NCBI GenBank assembly: GCA_964342715.1
Contig: CAYFGD010000002.1
Coordinates: 1 to 37,570, forward strand
Direction of reading: 5' to 3'
DNA: 37,570 nt
From: an uncultured Candidatus Poseidoniales archaeon
Lineage (GTDB): Archaea > Thermoplasmatota > Poseidoniia > Poseidoniales > Thalassarchaeaceae
Shown: in pieces, positions 1 through 8,667 of the stretch
How positions within the stretch are numbered: position 1 is the first letter of the stretch
Layout of the letters: the number at the start of each line of letters is the position of its first letter
Notes under the pieces: generated by a model
Told to the model about the DNA's origin: nothing
Databases searched by the model: none
Seen by the model: the letters and a program-made list of their open reading frames with translations, nothing else
Made by a program: the position numbers and the translations under genes

Positions 1-57
1 GAACTCCCGACCTTCCCATTACCAATGGGATGCTATACCCCTAAGCCACAGTGGCGC
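1..57 (-). tRNA. tRNA-Thr (anticodon GGU), 3' part cut off by the window edge
   Basis: The reverse complement of 1-57 starts with acceptor strand GCGCCAC. The anticodon stem is TCCCA/TGGGA with loop TTGGTAA, giving anticodon GGT. The T-arm start (GGTCGGGAGTTC) runs off position 1. Confidence 0.8.
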
Positions 58-147
58 GTTCAAAGCGGGGACGGTTCCCTCTTTGGGTGTTACGCCAAGT
101 TTCAGGAGCGATTAACTCAAGACTGGACCGATGCTCGGAAGACTGCT

Positions 148-233
148 GCCGAGATCGCATAGCCTGGTATTGCGCATGACTGGAAATCATGTGGGTTCAT
201 CCCTCCGGAGTTCAAATCTCCGTCTCGGCGCCA
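148..233 (+). tRNA. tRNA-Ser (anticodon GGA) with long variable arm and encoded CCA
   Basis: Acceptor stem is GCCGAGA/TCTCGGC. Anticodon stem is CATGA/TCATG with loop CTGGAAA (anticodon GGA). There is a long variable arm (GGGTTCATCCC), a T-arm CGGAG-TTCAAAT-CTCCG, discriminator G at 230 and CCA at 231-233. Confidence 0.85.
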
Positions 234-253
234 CTCAACAATAAACGAATGGC

Positions 254-1471
254 GTGGTTGCATTATTGCGCGCCCCTTATCTCATCGAACCTTTGGCAGT
301 GTACATGGAAGACGGGGCGCTAGGGGCTACTGAGGGGAGTGCCATGTCGGATAGAATAGTTCGATTGTCCGAAATAGATAGGCCAACTAGCTTTGGAGAA
401 AAGTACGTGTTTCTTGTAATTGTAGATACCCTGATTCATCAGGCAGTATTCCACATCAAAACATCGAAGAGGATGTGGGGTGTCAATGAGGCTTCCATAC
501 TTCTTCTTGCCTCGGCTTCGCTCGTTCTCGGATCCTGGGACCTCGGTATTGGCGAGCTTTCGGGGGGTGGAGACTGGGGAAGATCCGGTATTTTTGGAGA
601 AGATAGTGGATTCCTTCACCTAGACGAATGGACTAGGATGCTAGCTCTACTTTCAATCATGGCATGGGCATCATCAGTAGTCATGATGTGGATCAGATTT
701 CCGATAATGAGGGAGAATTTATTCTTCCTAATTGTGGCAATGTTCGTGGTTCAGATTGGGTACATATTGTCGCATGCTAAGTCTCCTGATTTTCCAATTG
801 GGTCAGAAATTTCGGATTGGGGAGGTGTGATTTTTGCGAACCTCATCCTTCTCTTTGTTTGTTGGTTTGTCGTCCATAGGGCAGTGGCAGAGACTAGAGA
901 CGTGCACGTCGAGGAGAGGCATGCGCACCCCGATCCAAGGGTAGTAGAGAGGGCATGGGACGACCATAGATTACATGCATGGAGTTCCAGTCTGGCAATA
1001 TGGGCCATCCTCATCAATGTTGTTTCATGGTCGGGCTCCCATGCAATAGCGGACAGGCCTCCATTCGACTACGATTATGGAGTCATTGGGCCAACAACGC
1101 TGTTCGTTATCTCTGGAGTTGTTTCCTACTTCTTCCTGCTTCACGTACTATGGTATCCCCACTTCATGCTAGGAGGGGGGGACCATCAAATTTGGTCGTC
1201 CAGAGCTAGAGAAGTCGCAGGTGAGAGCAAGAGCTCAGTGGCTAGAAGCATACAGGGGAGTTGCCCGGTTTGCGGTGGCGAGACCCCCGTGACAAAGAGG
1301 CCCTCTGGGAAGATTGAGGTGCGTTGCTCGAATTCCGGCTGCAGCGGGCAGGGGAAGTCAGGGGATGCTTGTGTTAAGTGCGCGGCAGTTTTGCCTTCCA
1401 GAGTCGTCTGCCCATCGTGCAGCTCGAACACCACCGTAGTCAGCCATTTCTCAAAGGCTGAGGCTTGGTGA
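254..1471 (+). CDS. Hypothetical polytopic membrane protein with a C-terminal double zinc-ribbon
   Basis: 405-aa ORF with about 6-7 hydrophobic segments (e.g. LFFLIVAMFVVQIGYIL, VIFANLILLFVCWFVV). The C-terminus carries four Cys pairs: CPVC...CSNSGC...CVKC...CPSC. The start is uncertain: GTG at 254, with in-frame ATGs at 305 and 344. Confidence 0.6.
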   Translation: MVALLRAPYLIEPLAVYMEDGALGATEGSAMSDRIVRLSEIDRPTSFGEKYVFLVIVDTLIHQAVFHIKTSKRMWGVNEASILLLASASLVLGSWDLGIGELSGGGDWGRSGIFGEDSGFLHLDEWTRMLALLSIMAWASSVVMMWIRFPIMRENLFFLIVAMFVVQIGYILSHAKSPDFPIGSEISDWGGVIFANLILLFVCWFVVHRAVAETRDVHVEERHAHPDPRVVERAWDDHRLHAWSSSLAIWAILINVVSWSGSHAIADRPPFDYDYGVIGPTTLFVISGVVSYFFLLHVLWYPHFMLGGGDHQIWSSRAREVAGESKSSVARSIQGSCPVCGGETPVTKRPSGKIEVRCSNSGCSGQGKSGDACVKCAAVLPSRVVCPSCSSNTTVVSHFSKAEAW

Positions 1472-1524
1472 AAACCAAGAGGTGATTATTCTTCCATAAT
1501 TGGTGGCATAGTGAGGATGGCAAC

Positions 1525-2835
1525 ATGGATCAAGAGAATGGGTTGGTTAGTCAAACCCCATCGGAACAAGCTAGTGAGATTGTTGAGCAAGAGGGTTCTG
1601 ATGCATTTCGGGATGCTTTGCCTTGGGTAATAGGCGTAGTTTCGGGATTAGTCATTTTTCTCAGCATACTAATTATCGGGCTATGGGCCTGGGCTCAGAT
1701 TGAGGATGTCCAGCTTGGAGGACCCCCTTCGTCACTCCTTACATGGGAGGATCAATACCGAGAAATGACCGGGCTGGATGAGATTTTGGAATTTGATGGG
1801 AGAGGGGTAGATTTGTGCGTTGTGGATACCGGAATCGACGTTAGCCATCCGGACCTAAGGGAGGTGAATTTGGCCTCATGGAATGACTTTGTTTCCGGAA
1901 TTGAGAATCCATACGATGACGAAGGGCATGGCACTGCGATGGCTGGGATCATCGTGGCAGAGGGTGGTTTGACAGGAGTTTCTCCCGGGGTTTCGCTGAT
2001 GGTTGCGAAGGCGATAGGTTCGGACGGCTCTGGGACTGACTCAGTTATTGCCGATGCGGTAGATTGGTGTGTTGACGAGGGTGCAGAGGTAATTTCCCTA
2101 AGCCTAGGCGGAGACCAAGGGATTGGCTCGGGCCTATTCACCACCGATGCTCTCGAGCAGTCTGTGGAGGACGCCATCCAGGAAGGCGTGTTTGTTGTTG
2201 CGGCAGCGGGGAACGATGGTAATGACGATGATGGGGACGTGGAGTCCCCCGGTTCTGTGGAGGACGTGATCTGCGTTGGCGGAATTACTAGGACCGGTGC
2301 AATCTGGACAGGTAGTTCCGAGGGCGATAATGACGGGAGGCTTTGGCCGAACCCCATACTTCCGCGACAGGATCCAGACAAGAAGCCAGAATTGGTAGCA
2401 CCTGGGCATGAGGTCCCAGTACTGATGGCGAGCGGGGTTGGAAATGGTGCTTGGTGGGGATGGTCAAGCGGGACATCCGCAGCTACTGCTTGGGTTTCAG
2501 GTTCAATCGCTATACTGCTGCAAGCACACCCAGAGTTGCAGAGGGGGGGCGAGCAGGGAGGAATGGGTGCAATTGAGGAAGTTAAGAGCGTCATCATGGA
2601 GAGATCACAAATGAAGGAGGGGCAGAGCGACCATGATTCCCACTACGGATACGGACTACTCGACATAGATTCGTTAATCGATTCTTTCGGAAACACAAGT
2701 GGGGATGACGCAATGGGAACCGCCTACATGGCGAACTCCGTGGCAGAAGAGGAGTCGCTTTACAAGGGGGTTCAGGCTGTCCGTCGAACCACGGCAATGG
2801 TCCCGCCAGTAAGCTCAACGAATGCAAGTGTGTGA
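1525..2835 (+). CDS. Subtilisin-like serine protease (peptidase S8), N-terminally membrane anchored
   Basis: The catalytic triad motifs appear in order: VVDTGID (Asp), HGTAMAG (His) and GTSAATAWVSG (Ser). An N-terminal TM segment (VIGVVSGLVIFLSILIIGLWAWA) is present. A GAGGA motif lies about 8 nt upstream of the ATG. Confidence 0.9.
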   Translation: MDQENGLVSQTPSEQASEIVEQEGSDAFRDALPWVIGVVSGLVIFLSILIIGLWAWAQIEDVQLGGPPSSLLTWEDQYREMTGLDEILEFDGRGVDLCVVDTGIDVSHPDLREVNLASWNDFVSGIENPYDDEGHGTAMAGIIVAEGGLTGVSPGVSLMVAKAIGSDGSGTDSVIADAVDWCVDEGAEVISLSLGGDQGIGSGLFTTDALEQSVEDAIQEGVFVVAAAGNDGNDDDGDVESPGSVEDVICVGGITRTGAIWTGSSEGDNDGRLWPNPILPRQDPDKKPELVAPGHEVPVLMASGVGNGAWWGWSSGTSAATAWVSGSIAILLQAHPELQRGGEQGGMGAIEEVKSVIMERSQMKEGQSDHDSHYGYGLLDIDSLIDSFGNTSGDDAMGTAYMANSVAEEESLYKGVQAVRRTTAMVPPVSSTNASV

Positions 2836-3626
2836 CCCTCACTCACTGACTTGATGAAATCAATCCATTCGTTGAATGCGGCGACCTTTCTCTGGGCCTC
2901 TGTTGGTTCTTCCCCGGGAGAAGGTTCCCCAACATCTCCAGTTGGGACTTCTGGCTCTGGAACAATCATTATTCCTCCAGGAGCTAGAATCTCGAAGGCG
3001 GATTTAGCTGCACCGGGCCTTTCAGAATCAGGAAGATCGATGATTACAAGGTGGAGTCCTGTGGGAATTGAAGATGGCCTTGCTGACTCTGGAAGGGAAG
3101 CGGACGCAGCTGACCAAGTCCTTGCCTCAGCCACTAACTCTGACCATTTGTTTCCTACAACCCTGGCCCAACTTTCGGCATCGTACCTCCTAATCAGACG
3201 ATCGATGATTACTCCGAATCTCGCCCCTTCTTCGACGATAATGAATGAGTCTGGTTTGCTTCCTTCGTCGGGGCTCTCTGCAGATGGGTCGCCGCACCAC
3301 ATGTCGAGGAGCCATGCCGAGAGATGTCCAATACCGCCTCCAACGAGGACGACGTCTCCGACAGGCACTCTGGAAGAGATGTCTCGGATTCTAGCCCTCA
3401 TTGACCTAGGCATAGTCCTTAGTCCCATCAGCAACATCTGCTCACCTATTGATGAAGCGATAAGTGGTTCTGAGTCCCCCCTATCCTTATCCTCGGAAAG
3501 TAGTTTCTCCAGCATCTCCCTTTCGGACATTTGAGGTAGGCCAAAACCACTTGGGCCACCTGCCATGTATTGCGGAAGGGTTGCCACTATTGAAAATAGA
3601 CTGCTCGGTGGCTTCAAGAGAGGCAT
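2772..3626 (-). CDS. Class I SAM-dependent (O-)methyltransferase-like protein (COG4122/YrrM-like)
   Basis: It has a Gly-rich SAM-binding motif (VVLVGGGIGHLSAWL), an acidic strand (VIIDLPD), a post-II motif (ILAPGGIMIV) and a tail typical of O-MTase family 3. The antisense ORF 2851-3534 is S/P-rich low complexity. The start could be an internal Met. Confidence 0.6.
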   Translation of the reverse strand: MPLLKPPSSLFSIVATLPQYMAGGPSGFGLPQMSEREMLEKLLSEDKDRGDSEPLIASSIGEQMLLMGLRTMPRSMRARIRDISSRVPVGDVVLVGGGIGHLSAWLLDMWCGDPSAESPDEGSKPDSFIIVEEGARFGVIIDRLIRRYDAESWARVVGNKWSELVAEARTWSAASASLPESARPSSIPTGLHLVIIDLPDSERPGAAKSAFEILAPGGIMIVPEPEVPTGDVGEPSPGEEPTEAQRKVAAFNEWIDFIKSVSEGHTLAFVELTGGTIAVVRRTA

Positions 3627-3641
3627 GCTGGCCGTGAGTCC

Positions 3642-4238
3642 ATGGAGGATGCTAGCGGGGACGAGTCAGTGGCTGACGTTGCGCAGTGTCCGAGATGTTC
3701 GGATCTGACAGAGCATGAAATCCTGAGCAGGACGGCGAAGGGTGCAGGAGAGGACCTCTTGGTTAGGTGTGTTTCTTGCTCCAATGTCCACAGGATTAGC
3801 CTTAGGCCCCCGTCTTCAGCTTCTGTAAGGACGACTCTGTCGGATGGCGCGGATAGCTATTCGACTTTAATCGAGTCCGATGCGGATGAGGAGATTACGA
3901 AGGGCGATCTTTTCCTTTATGATGGTGCCCACTGGCAAGTTACAAGAATAGAGATTGGAGATAAGATGCCGGTCAATTCTGCGAAGGCGGGAGGGATAGC
4001 ATCTATGTGGGCAGTTCGAAAGGACGCATGCATAGTCAGGCTAACCCTAACCGAGGGGGAAGTCAGCAAGCCATCGAGCATTGAGTGCGATCCGGAGAGA
4101 GTTTTCTCTTGTGGGACCGTAATGGTTGTAGATGGGAAGAAATGGCGGATTAGGGCGATTCATACGGGCGCTGGAAGAACTCTGAGAGGAAAGAGAGTTG
4201 CGGCAGAAGTTAGGAGAATGTATCTGCACTCGATATAG
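3642..4238 (+). CDS. Zinc-ribbon protein, resembles the archaeal HVO_0476-type zinc finger family
   Basis: 198 aa with an N-terminal CPRC...(x24)...CVSC ribbon followed by a conserved-looking beta-rich domain. The family name is recalled from memory and not verified. Confidence 0.55.
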   Translation: MEDASGDESVADVAQCPRCSDLTEHEILSRTAKGAGEDLLVRCVSCSNVHRISLRPPSSASVRTTLSDGADSYSTLIESDADEEITKGDLFLYDGAHWQVTRIEIGDKMPVNSAKAGGIASMWAVRKDACIVRLTLTEGEVSKPSSIECDPERVFSCGTVMVVDGKKWRIRAIHTGAGRTLRGKRVAAEVRRMYLHSI

Positions 4239-4241
4239 GGA

Positions 4242-5195
4242 TCACCTGCGATTTGTCCAAGGCATTAGCAAGGCCTTGACCACATGGCTAGCAACTTCTG
4301 GATTCTCCCTCAACCTCCTCATTCCGTACTCGTACCACCTGGTTCCATAGGGGACGTAAACTCTGGTTAGGTGGCCCCTTGATGCAAGGTCCCTCCTTAC
4401 GTCGCCCCTGACTCCCAGTAAGAACTGGAATTCGTATCCCGGGCCCTTTTTCTCCGATCCCGAGGATTGCTTGTTGAGCATTTCCCTGTCCCTCAATTCG
4501 GCTAATGAGTGTTCTATTACCGGGAAGTCATGTGACGCGATAGCTGTATATGCCCCTCTATCCAACATTGAAGTGACAGCCCTATTCGTAGCATCGACAA
4601 TATCTGAATAGCTTGTATGAGCGATTCCTTCTGGCTCTAGATATATTCCCTTGCAAATTCTGAAGTCGGCTTTGTCCCCTAGTGAAGAGCAAATTGAGTC
4701 GATATCCGATTCGGTCCTGTGCAGTCTTCCCTGGAGTACCACCCCAATATTTGTGAGTCCCTTTGAGTGCATGGCCATCATTACATCTATCGTTTCCTGC
4801 GTGACTCTGCTATCCTCCATGTCAAGTCTTACGAATGAGTCTAGCTTCTGCGCTTTCCTGGTAATTGACTCTATGTTTGAATAAGCTGAGTCTCTGTCCA
4901 CAAGTAGTCCAAAAGCAGTCGGTTTGATGGAGATATTAGCATTGATTCCGTGTTCTTCGATAGCGTCCAAGAGTCTGGAGTATTCTTCGAGAAAGTAGTT
5001 CGCTTCTACCATGGAACTTATCTCCTCCCCCAATACGTCGACCGTGAAGCAGGCTGCCTCTGCCGATAGCTTCCTCATCGTTTCGATTGCATCGGACATT
5101 TCCGATCCTGCCACATATCGCATGGCCACGCGCTTTACGATGAACTTTGGAGCTAATGGCATAGATGCCACGATGAGTCGCCCGAACAGTGCCAT
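4242..5195 (-). CDS. Proline dehydrogenase (monofunctional PRODH, PutB-like)
   Basis: Motifs along the full length resemble B. subtilis/Thermus PRODH: VDVLGEE, RLDMEDSR, VLQGRLHRTE, RICKGIY, AIASHD and the C-terminal YVPYGTRWYEYGMRRLRENP. A GGAGGT Shine-Dalgarno motif lies 5 nt upstream of the ATG. Confidence 0.88.
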   Translation of the reverse strand: MALFGRLIVASMPLAPKFIVKRVAMRYVAGSEMSDAIETMRKLSAEAACFTVDVLGEEISSMVEANYFLEEYSRLLDAIEEHGINANISIKPTAFGLLVDRDSAYSNIESITRKAQKLDSFVRLDMEDSRVTQETIDVMMAMHSKGLTNIGVVLQGRLHRTESDIDSICSSLGDKADFRICKGIYLEPEGIAHTSYSDIVDATNRAVTSMLDRGAYTAIASHDFPVIEHSLAELRDREMLNKQSSGSEKKGPGYEFQFLLGVRGDVRRDLASRGHLTRVYVPYGTRWYEYGMRRLRENPEVASHVVKALLMPWTNRR

Positions 5196-5222
5196 CTTAC
5201 CTCCGAGGTGGCAGGAGAGACT

Positions 5223-6170
5223 TCACGATTGCTCTTGTCTCAAATCCCTTCCCCTAAGAACCGGAACTCCATTTTGCTCGAGGAAATTGACCAGAAGAGT
5301 TCTTTGCCAGCCCCTAAATGACTTTCTATCGAGGTGGGCAAATATATCACCTCCAGGAAACGCGGACCGGGTTGCATCTAGGGCGGCGGAAGTCGATTCC
5401 ATCCAGCTCCCGCCCGGACTCTCTGGACCTTCTTCGGACCCTTCAAATCTGAGAGAGTAGTTTGCCAGTACATGTCCCAGCCAGAAGTCTCCAGATTCGA
5501 CCACTGACTTGTGTCGTGGCGCATAATGGCCCCCTCCAAAACCGACCATGACTGAGCCACTGCCATCCCATTCTCCCTGTGGAACGGTCCCATTAAGACC
5601 GAGAACATCGCAGATTACGGTCGACCAAACCATTGCTGCATCCTTCCTGTTCCACTCTGCCTCGGTAGAGCCTATCTCGATGTACAAAGATGGGATATCG
5701 AGCCTTGGGCCATGATGTGTAGTCTCTAGTGTTAGATCAAAGTCTCCCTCTAGACCGTTTTCTCTTGCTACATCTAGCATTCTCCTGTACAACGAAGAAA
5801 ACCTCGGAGAGGGAGGGACGACGTGACCGTTGACGCCTCCGGCGACCCCTTTCTCCCCAACAGGGGCAATTCCTGGAAGACCTATGGCGTGAAGAGTAAT
5901 TGCAGGGGTGTTTGTGGACGAAACGTGCCTAGAGAGAACCAGTACTTCGTCGATAGTTTCGCCTGTCTCTACCATGTGGATCTTGTCAATTCCATCTGCA
6001 TGAATGTGTAACTCGTCAATCTCTAGAATCGTTACTGGCTTACGTGAATGGCGACGGACTCTTCCGTGATCAAAATCCTCTATTTTTTCCCAATCAGAAG
6101 ATTCTACTAAGGTCCGAGCGAGATTCATTGAGGCCTCATCTAGAGTGGAGCAGAGGACGAGTGAGGCCAT
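5223..6170 (-). CDS. dtdA: D-aminoacyl-tRNA deacylase, archaeal type (DTD2)
   Basis: 315 aa. The N-terminus (LVLCSTLDEASMNLA), the TTHHGP and YIEIGS motifs and the C-terminal domain are typical of archaeal DtdA. Confidence 0.75.
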   Translation of the reverse strand: MASLVLCSTLDEASMNLARTLVESSDWEKIEDFDHGRVRRHSRKPVTILEIDELHIHADGIDKIHMVETGETIDEVLVLSRHVSSTNTPAITLHAIGLPGIAPVGEKGVAGGVNGHVVPPSPRFSSLYRRMLDVARENGLEGDFDLTLETTHHGPRLDIPSLYIEIGSTEAEWNRKDAAMVWSTVICDVLGLNGTVPQGEWDGSGSVMVGFGGGHYAPRHKSVVESGDFWLGHVLANYSLRFEGSEEGPESPGGSWMESTSAALDATRSAFPGGDIFAHLDRKSFRGWQRTLLVNFLEQNGVPVLRGRDLRQEQS

Positions 6171-6243
6171 GATTTTGCCAAGGCGAGCAATACTTCAATG
6201 CTTTCAGCCACACCTTGAAGCGGGATGATTGGGACGAGATGGC

Positions 6244-7152
6244 ATGCGAGAGCTGGGGTTCAACCCTGTTAGGATCGACAAAGGCGACTCTGTCTCAGTA
6301 ATCATAGGATCCATGGGGGAGATCATCAGAGTGGACTCAGAAGGCGTGGCCGTCGGGAATTTTTCGGTCCCCTTCCCTTCCCAGCCCACATTTGGGGCTA
6401 TTTGCTCTGGAAAATGGGTTGGGGCGTGGGCAGATAGGGGCTTCAAGAAGGCATGCATGGGAGCCATCCCCCTCAATAGCGAATTGGGCTTTGGCAGAGG
6501 GCGTGATTTTCTCAGAACAAATGAAAGTTCGGCCTCGGAAGTTCTGCCAGACTCTTGTCTTTGGACTAGGGACATAGAAGGCGAACCAATGGGATTGGCT
6601 AGTAAGGAAGGGAACATAATATTCGGAGTCCTTAACACTGGGATATACAAGATAAGTGGAGACGCAACTGAAATCTGGAGGTCCCCATACCCTCAATGGC
6701 CGGAGCTTCAAGATTTCAGCAACGTTGACTCGATAATTGACATAGTTCATACTCCTGACGGAATTGCAATTTGGTCGGAATCAGGTGGCATCTCACTAAT
6801 TTCTGACGAGAGCGGGGCTGCCCTGGGTTCGGAGGTGCTGAAATTACCGGAGAGGGTAATCGGAGTTAGGTTTGATGAAACTAATGGGTGGATGATAATG
6901 ATGAGTGGCCGTTACGCTGCGACGATGAAGGAAATGGGCTCTGAGCCGTCGATAATAAAGTTGCCAGGGCCGATGATGGACTGTGTCGTTACGGAGGATG
7001 GCAATTGGAAGTGGACGGGATGGAGGCATGACGGGATTTTGGAGGACGGTACCGCACGAATCCAAGAAAGGGATGATATCGGGGTATCGATTATAGGGGA
7101 CAGCGTACTAACCAATAGTGGCCGATGGAGCTGTCACGCCTTCACTGAGTAA
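6244..7152 (+). CDS. Hypothetical protein (possibly beta-propeller-like)
   Basis: It is the longest ORF in this interval, and the antisense ORFs there are shorter. I recognised no family motif. The ATG is at 6244 and the ORF track uses TTG at 6229. Confidence 0.55.
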   Translation: MRELGFNPVRIDKGDSVSVIIGSMGEIIRVDSEGVAVGNFSVPFPSQPTFGAICSGKWVGAWADRGFKKACMGAIPLNSELGFGRGRDFLRTNESSASEVLPDSCLWTRDIEGEPMGLASKEGNIIFGVLNTGIYKISGDATEIWRSPYPQWPELQDFSNVDSIIDIVHTPDGIAIWSESGGISLISDESGAALGSEVLKLPERVIGVRFDETNGWMIMMSGRYAATMKEMGSEPSIIKLPGPMMDCVVTEDGNWKWTGWRHDGILEDGTARIQERDDIGVSIIGDSVLTNSGRWSCHAFTE

Positions 7153-7307
7153 CCACACTTGCCGCAAGACTTCCTGTCGTCGCCATGTTCTGCCAGAAAT
7201 ACCCCTGGGCCACAGTTAGGACAGAACTCGCCCTTCCTGATCATCTTCCCGTCCTCGATGGAGTACTTTGAGTGCTTGGCGTGCTCATTGGGAGAACCCT
7301 GCGGCAT
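7134..7307 (-). CDS. rps27ae: 30S ribosomal protein S27ae (eS31)
   Basis: I translated this by hand from the minus strand: [57 protein letters not shown]. It has the CPxCG...CGKCGY zinc ribbon typical of S27ae. The start overlaps the S24e stop (TAATG). It is below the 60-aa cut-off of the supplied ORF track. Confidence 0.85.
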   Translation of the reverse strand: MPQGSPNEHAKHSKYSIEDGKMIRKGEFCPNCGPGVFLAEHGDDRKSCGKCGYSVKA

Positions 7308-7666
7308 TATTCATCGCCCCCCTCTTCTTGATCATCGGTTGATTGGGGTTCTTCGGGCTCTGCCGGTTCATCACTTGCCCCATCCTCCCCTCTGAATTTA
7401 TCGTGCCTTTCTACAATGTAAGAGGGTTCGATGGAGGCGGCCTCTTCAGAGGCATAGATTAACGCTAGGCCAGTGGTCCTAGGCATTCCAAACCTTGTAG
7501 AAACATCCTTGACGAAAACCAATTCTGAATTTGCTCCGGGCTCAATTTTTGTTGCTGCAGTTACCATTTCCTCAAGTTTTGGGGTGGAGGATTTTGGATG
7601 ATCCCAGACAAACCTAATCTCTACCCTGTTTAGCAATGGATTGTCCTTCCTTTCGATGACTTGCAT
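7307..7666 (-). CDS. rps24e: 30S ribosomal protein S24e with acidic C-terminal extension
   Basis: The N-terminus ([11 protein letters not shown]...HP...TP) and the [13 protein letters not shown] motif are typical of S24e. It sits in the conserved archaeal rpoE'-spt4-S24e-S27ae order. Confidence 0.9.
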   Translation of the reverse strand: MQVIERKDNPLLNRVEIRFVWDHPKSSTPKLEEMVTAATKIEPGANSELVFVKDVSTRFGMPRTTGLALIYASEEAASIEPSYIVERHDKFRGEDGASDEPAEPEEPQSTDDQEEGGDE

Positions 7667-7674
7667 AATTACAC

Positions 7675-7878
7675 CTACCTGATGTTAACCTTCAACGCAT
7701 AATTTCCTGGTCGAGTGATGTTTAGCCTCTTTGCCACCTCGGACCTTTCCGGGTTGAGAATTACGACAAACCCCTGCCAATCAGTCGTGACAGGTGAGTT
7801 CGGACAGTAAGGGCACTGACCCTCTCCATCCGGGAGTATTGCATTGCAATCCCCACAAGCGAAAGGCTGCTTGGCCAT
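7675..7878 (-). CDS. spt4: Transcription elongation factor Spt4 (RpoE'')
   Basis: 67 aa with a zinc ribbon (CGDC...CPYCPNS) followed by W.GFVVILNPERSEVAKRLNI...G.YALKV. It is separated by 1 nt from the stop of rpoE'. Confidence 0.9.
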   Translation of the reverse strand: MAKQPFACGDCNAILPDGEGQCPYCPNSPVTTDWQGFVVILNPERSEVAKRLNITRPGNYALKVNIR

Positions 7879-7879
7879 A

Positions 7880-8428
7880 TTAGTCAGTCTCCTTTAGCCA
7901 ATCTGCAGCACCCAATCCGTCCATCTTACAGTTAAGACCGATCTTACTGGCCCTAGGATCATTCTGATTAATTGCCTTGGAGACAACTCTAGACCGTACG
8001 TGAGAGCCTTCTTCGATATGCTTCCCGGTCTGAGACCCTTCGATCCTCCTAACTCCCATGTTTACCTGGATAGGCTCATCTAGAATCTGTGATTTATGAA
8101 GTAGTGCTTCAACTGGGCCTATCCTTACGAAAGCACCATACTCAGAAACATCGGAGACATAGCCATCTACGACCTCATTGTTTTCCATATTGAAAAGTAG
8201 TGCCTTGAATCTCACGGCCTGATAGATAGCCCCGTCCCCGTGGATTATCCTGCCCCTTCCCACTGGTTTATGGTCAAAGGTAAGGACTGTATAATTCTCG
8301 TCGGAGTCGAATCTGCCTTCGAATGCGTCATTTGCCAGACTGTCTATGTGGTCCTCTAAGCTGTGACCCTCCCTGATGTACTCGGCTGGGATGCGAATAG
8401 TGTCCTCTCGCTCAATTATGCTGTACAT
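7880..8428 (-). CDS. rpoE: DNA-directed RNA polymerase subunit E' (Rpo7)
   Basis: The N-terminus (MYSIIEREDTIRIPAEYI) and an S1-like domain (VVDGYVSDVSEYGAFVRIGPVEALLH) match Rpo7. I prefer the ATG at 8428 because Rpo7 typically starts MY. The ORF track extends to the ATG at 8494. Confidence 0.85.
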   Translation of the reverse strand: MYSIIEREDTIRIPAEYIREGHSLEDHIDSLANDAFEGRFDSDENYTVLTFDHKPVGRGRIIHGDGAIYQAVRFKALLFNMENNEVVDGYVSDVSEYGAFVRIGPVEALLHKSQILDEPIQVNMGVRRIEGSQTGKHIEEGSHVRSRVVSKAINQNDPRASKIGLNCKMDGLGAADWLKETD

Positions 8429-8667
8429 TTTTTCCGCCTCAGTGACGGACTGCTCCGGGCAGCCAGGACGGGGGGTTTCCCTCCCGTCCGTCATCGGCTA
8501 AGCCTCTGGAGGAGAAGTCCGTGCGACCCGGCGACCTGCCACCCCTGTATAAGCACAACGGACGGGAAGAAGTTACTGGCTGACCTCAATATACGCTCAG
8601 ACCGTAGGTCTGAGTGAGAATATGGGGCGAACGTTCAAGTGGGTTACGAAAACCAAAATTGACTCTG

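Noticed and set aside
1752-2597. 281-aa ORF on the minus strand
   Set aside because: It is entirely antisense to the S8 protease gene, whose catalytic D/H/S motifs are clear. The product is S/P/T-rich low complexity, typical of a shadow ORF.
2851-3534. 227-aa ORF on the plus strand
   Set aside because: It is antisense to the methyltransferase-like gene. The translation is S/P/G-rich with no motifs, whereas the minus-strand frame has SAM-binding motifs.
7159-7395. 78-aa plus-strand ORF
   Set aside because: It is explained as the antisense of rps27ae (7134-7307) and the 3' end of rps24e.
8363-8617. 84-aa plus-strand ORF in the rpoE'/giant-gene spacer
   Set aside because: It overlaps the rpoE' N-terminus in antisense, is Arg/Cys-rich and has no recognisable features. 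The region is better treated as a promoter/UTR spacer.
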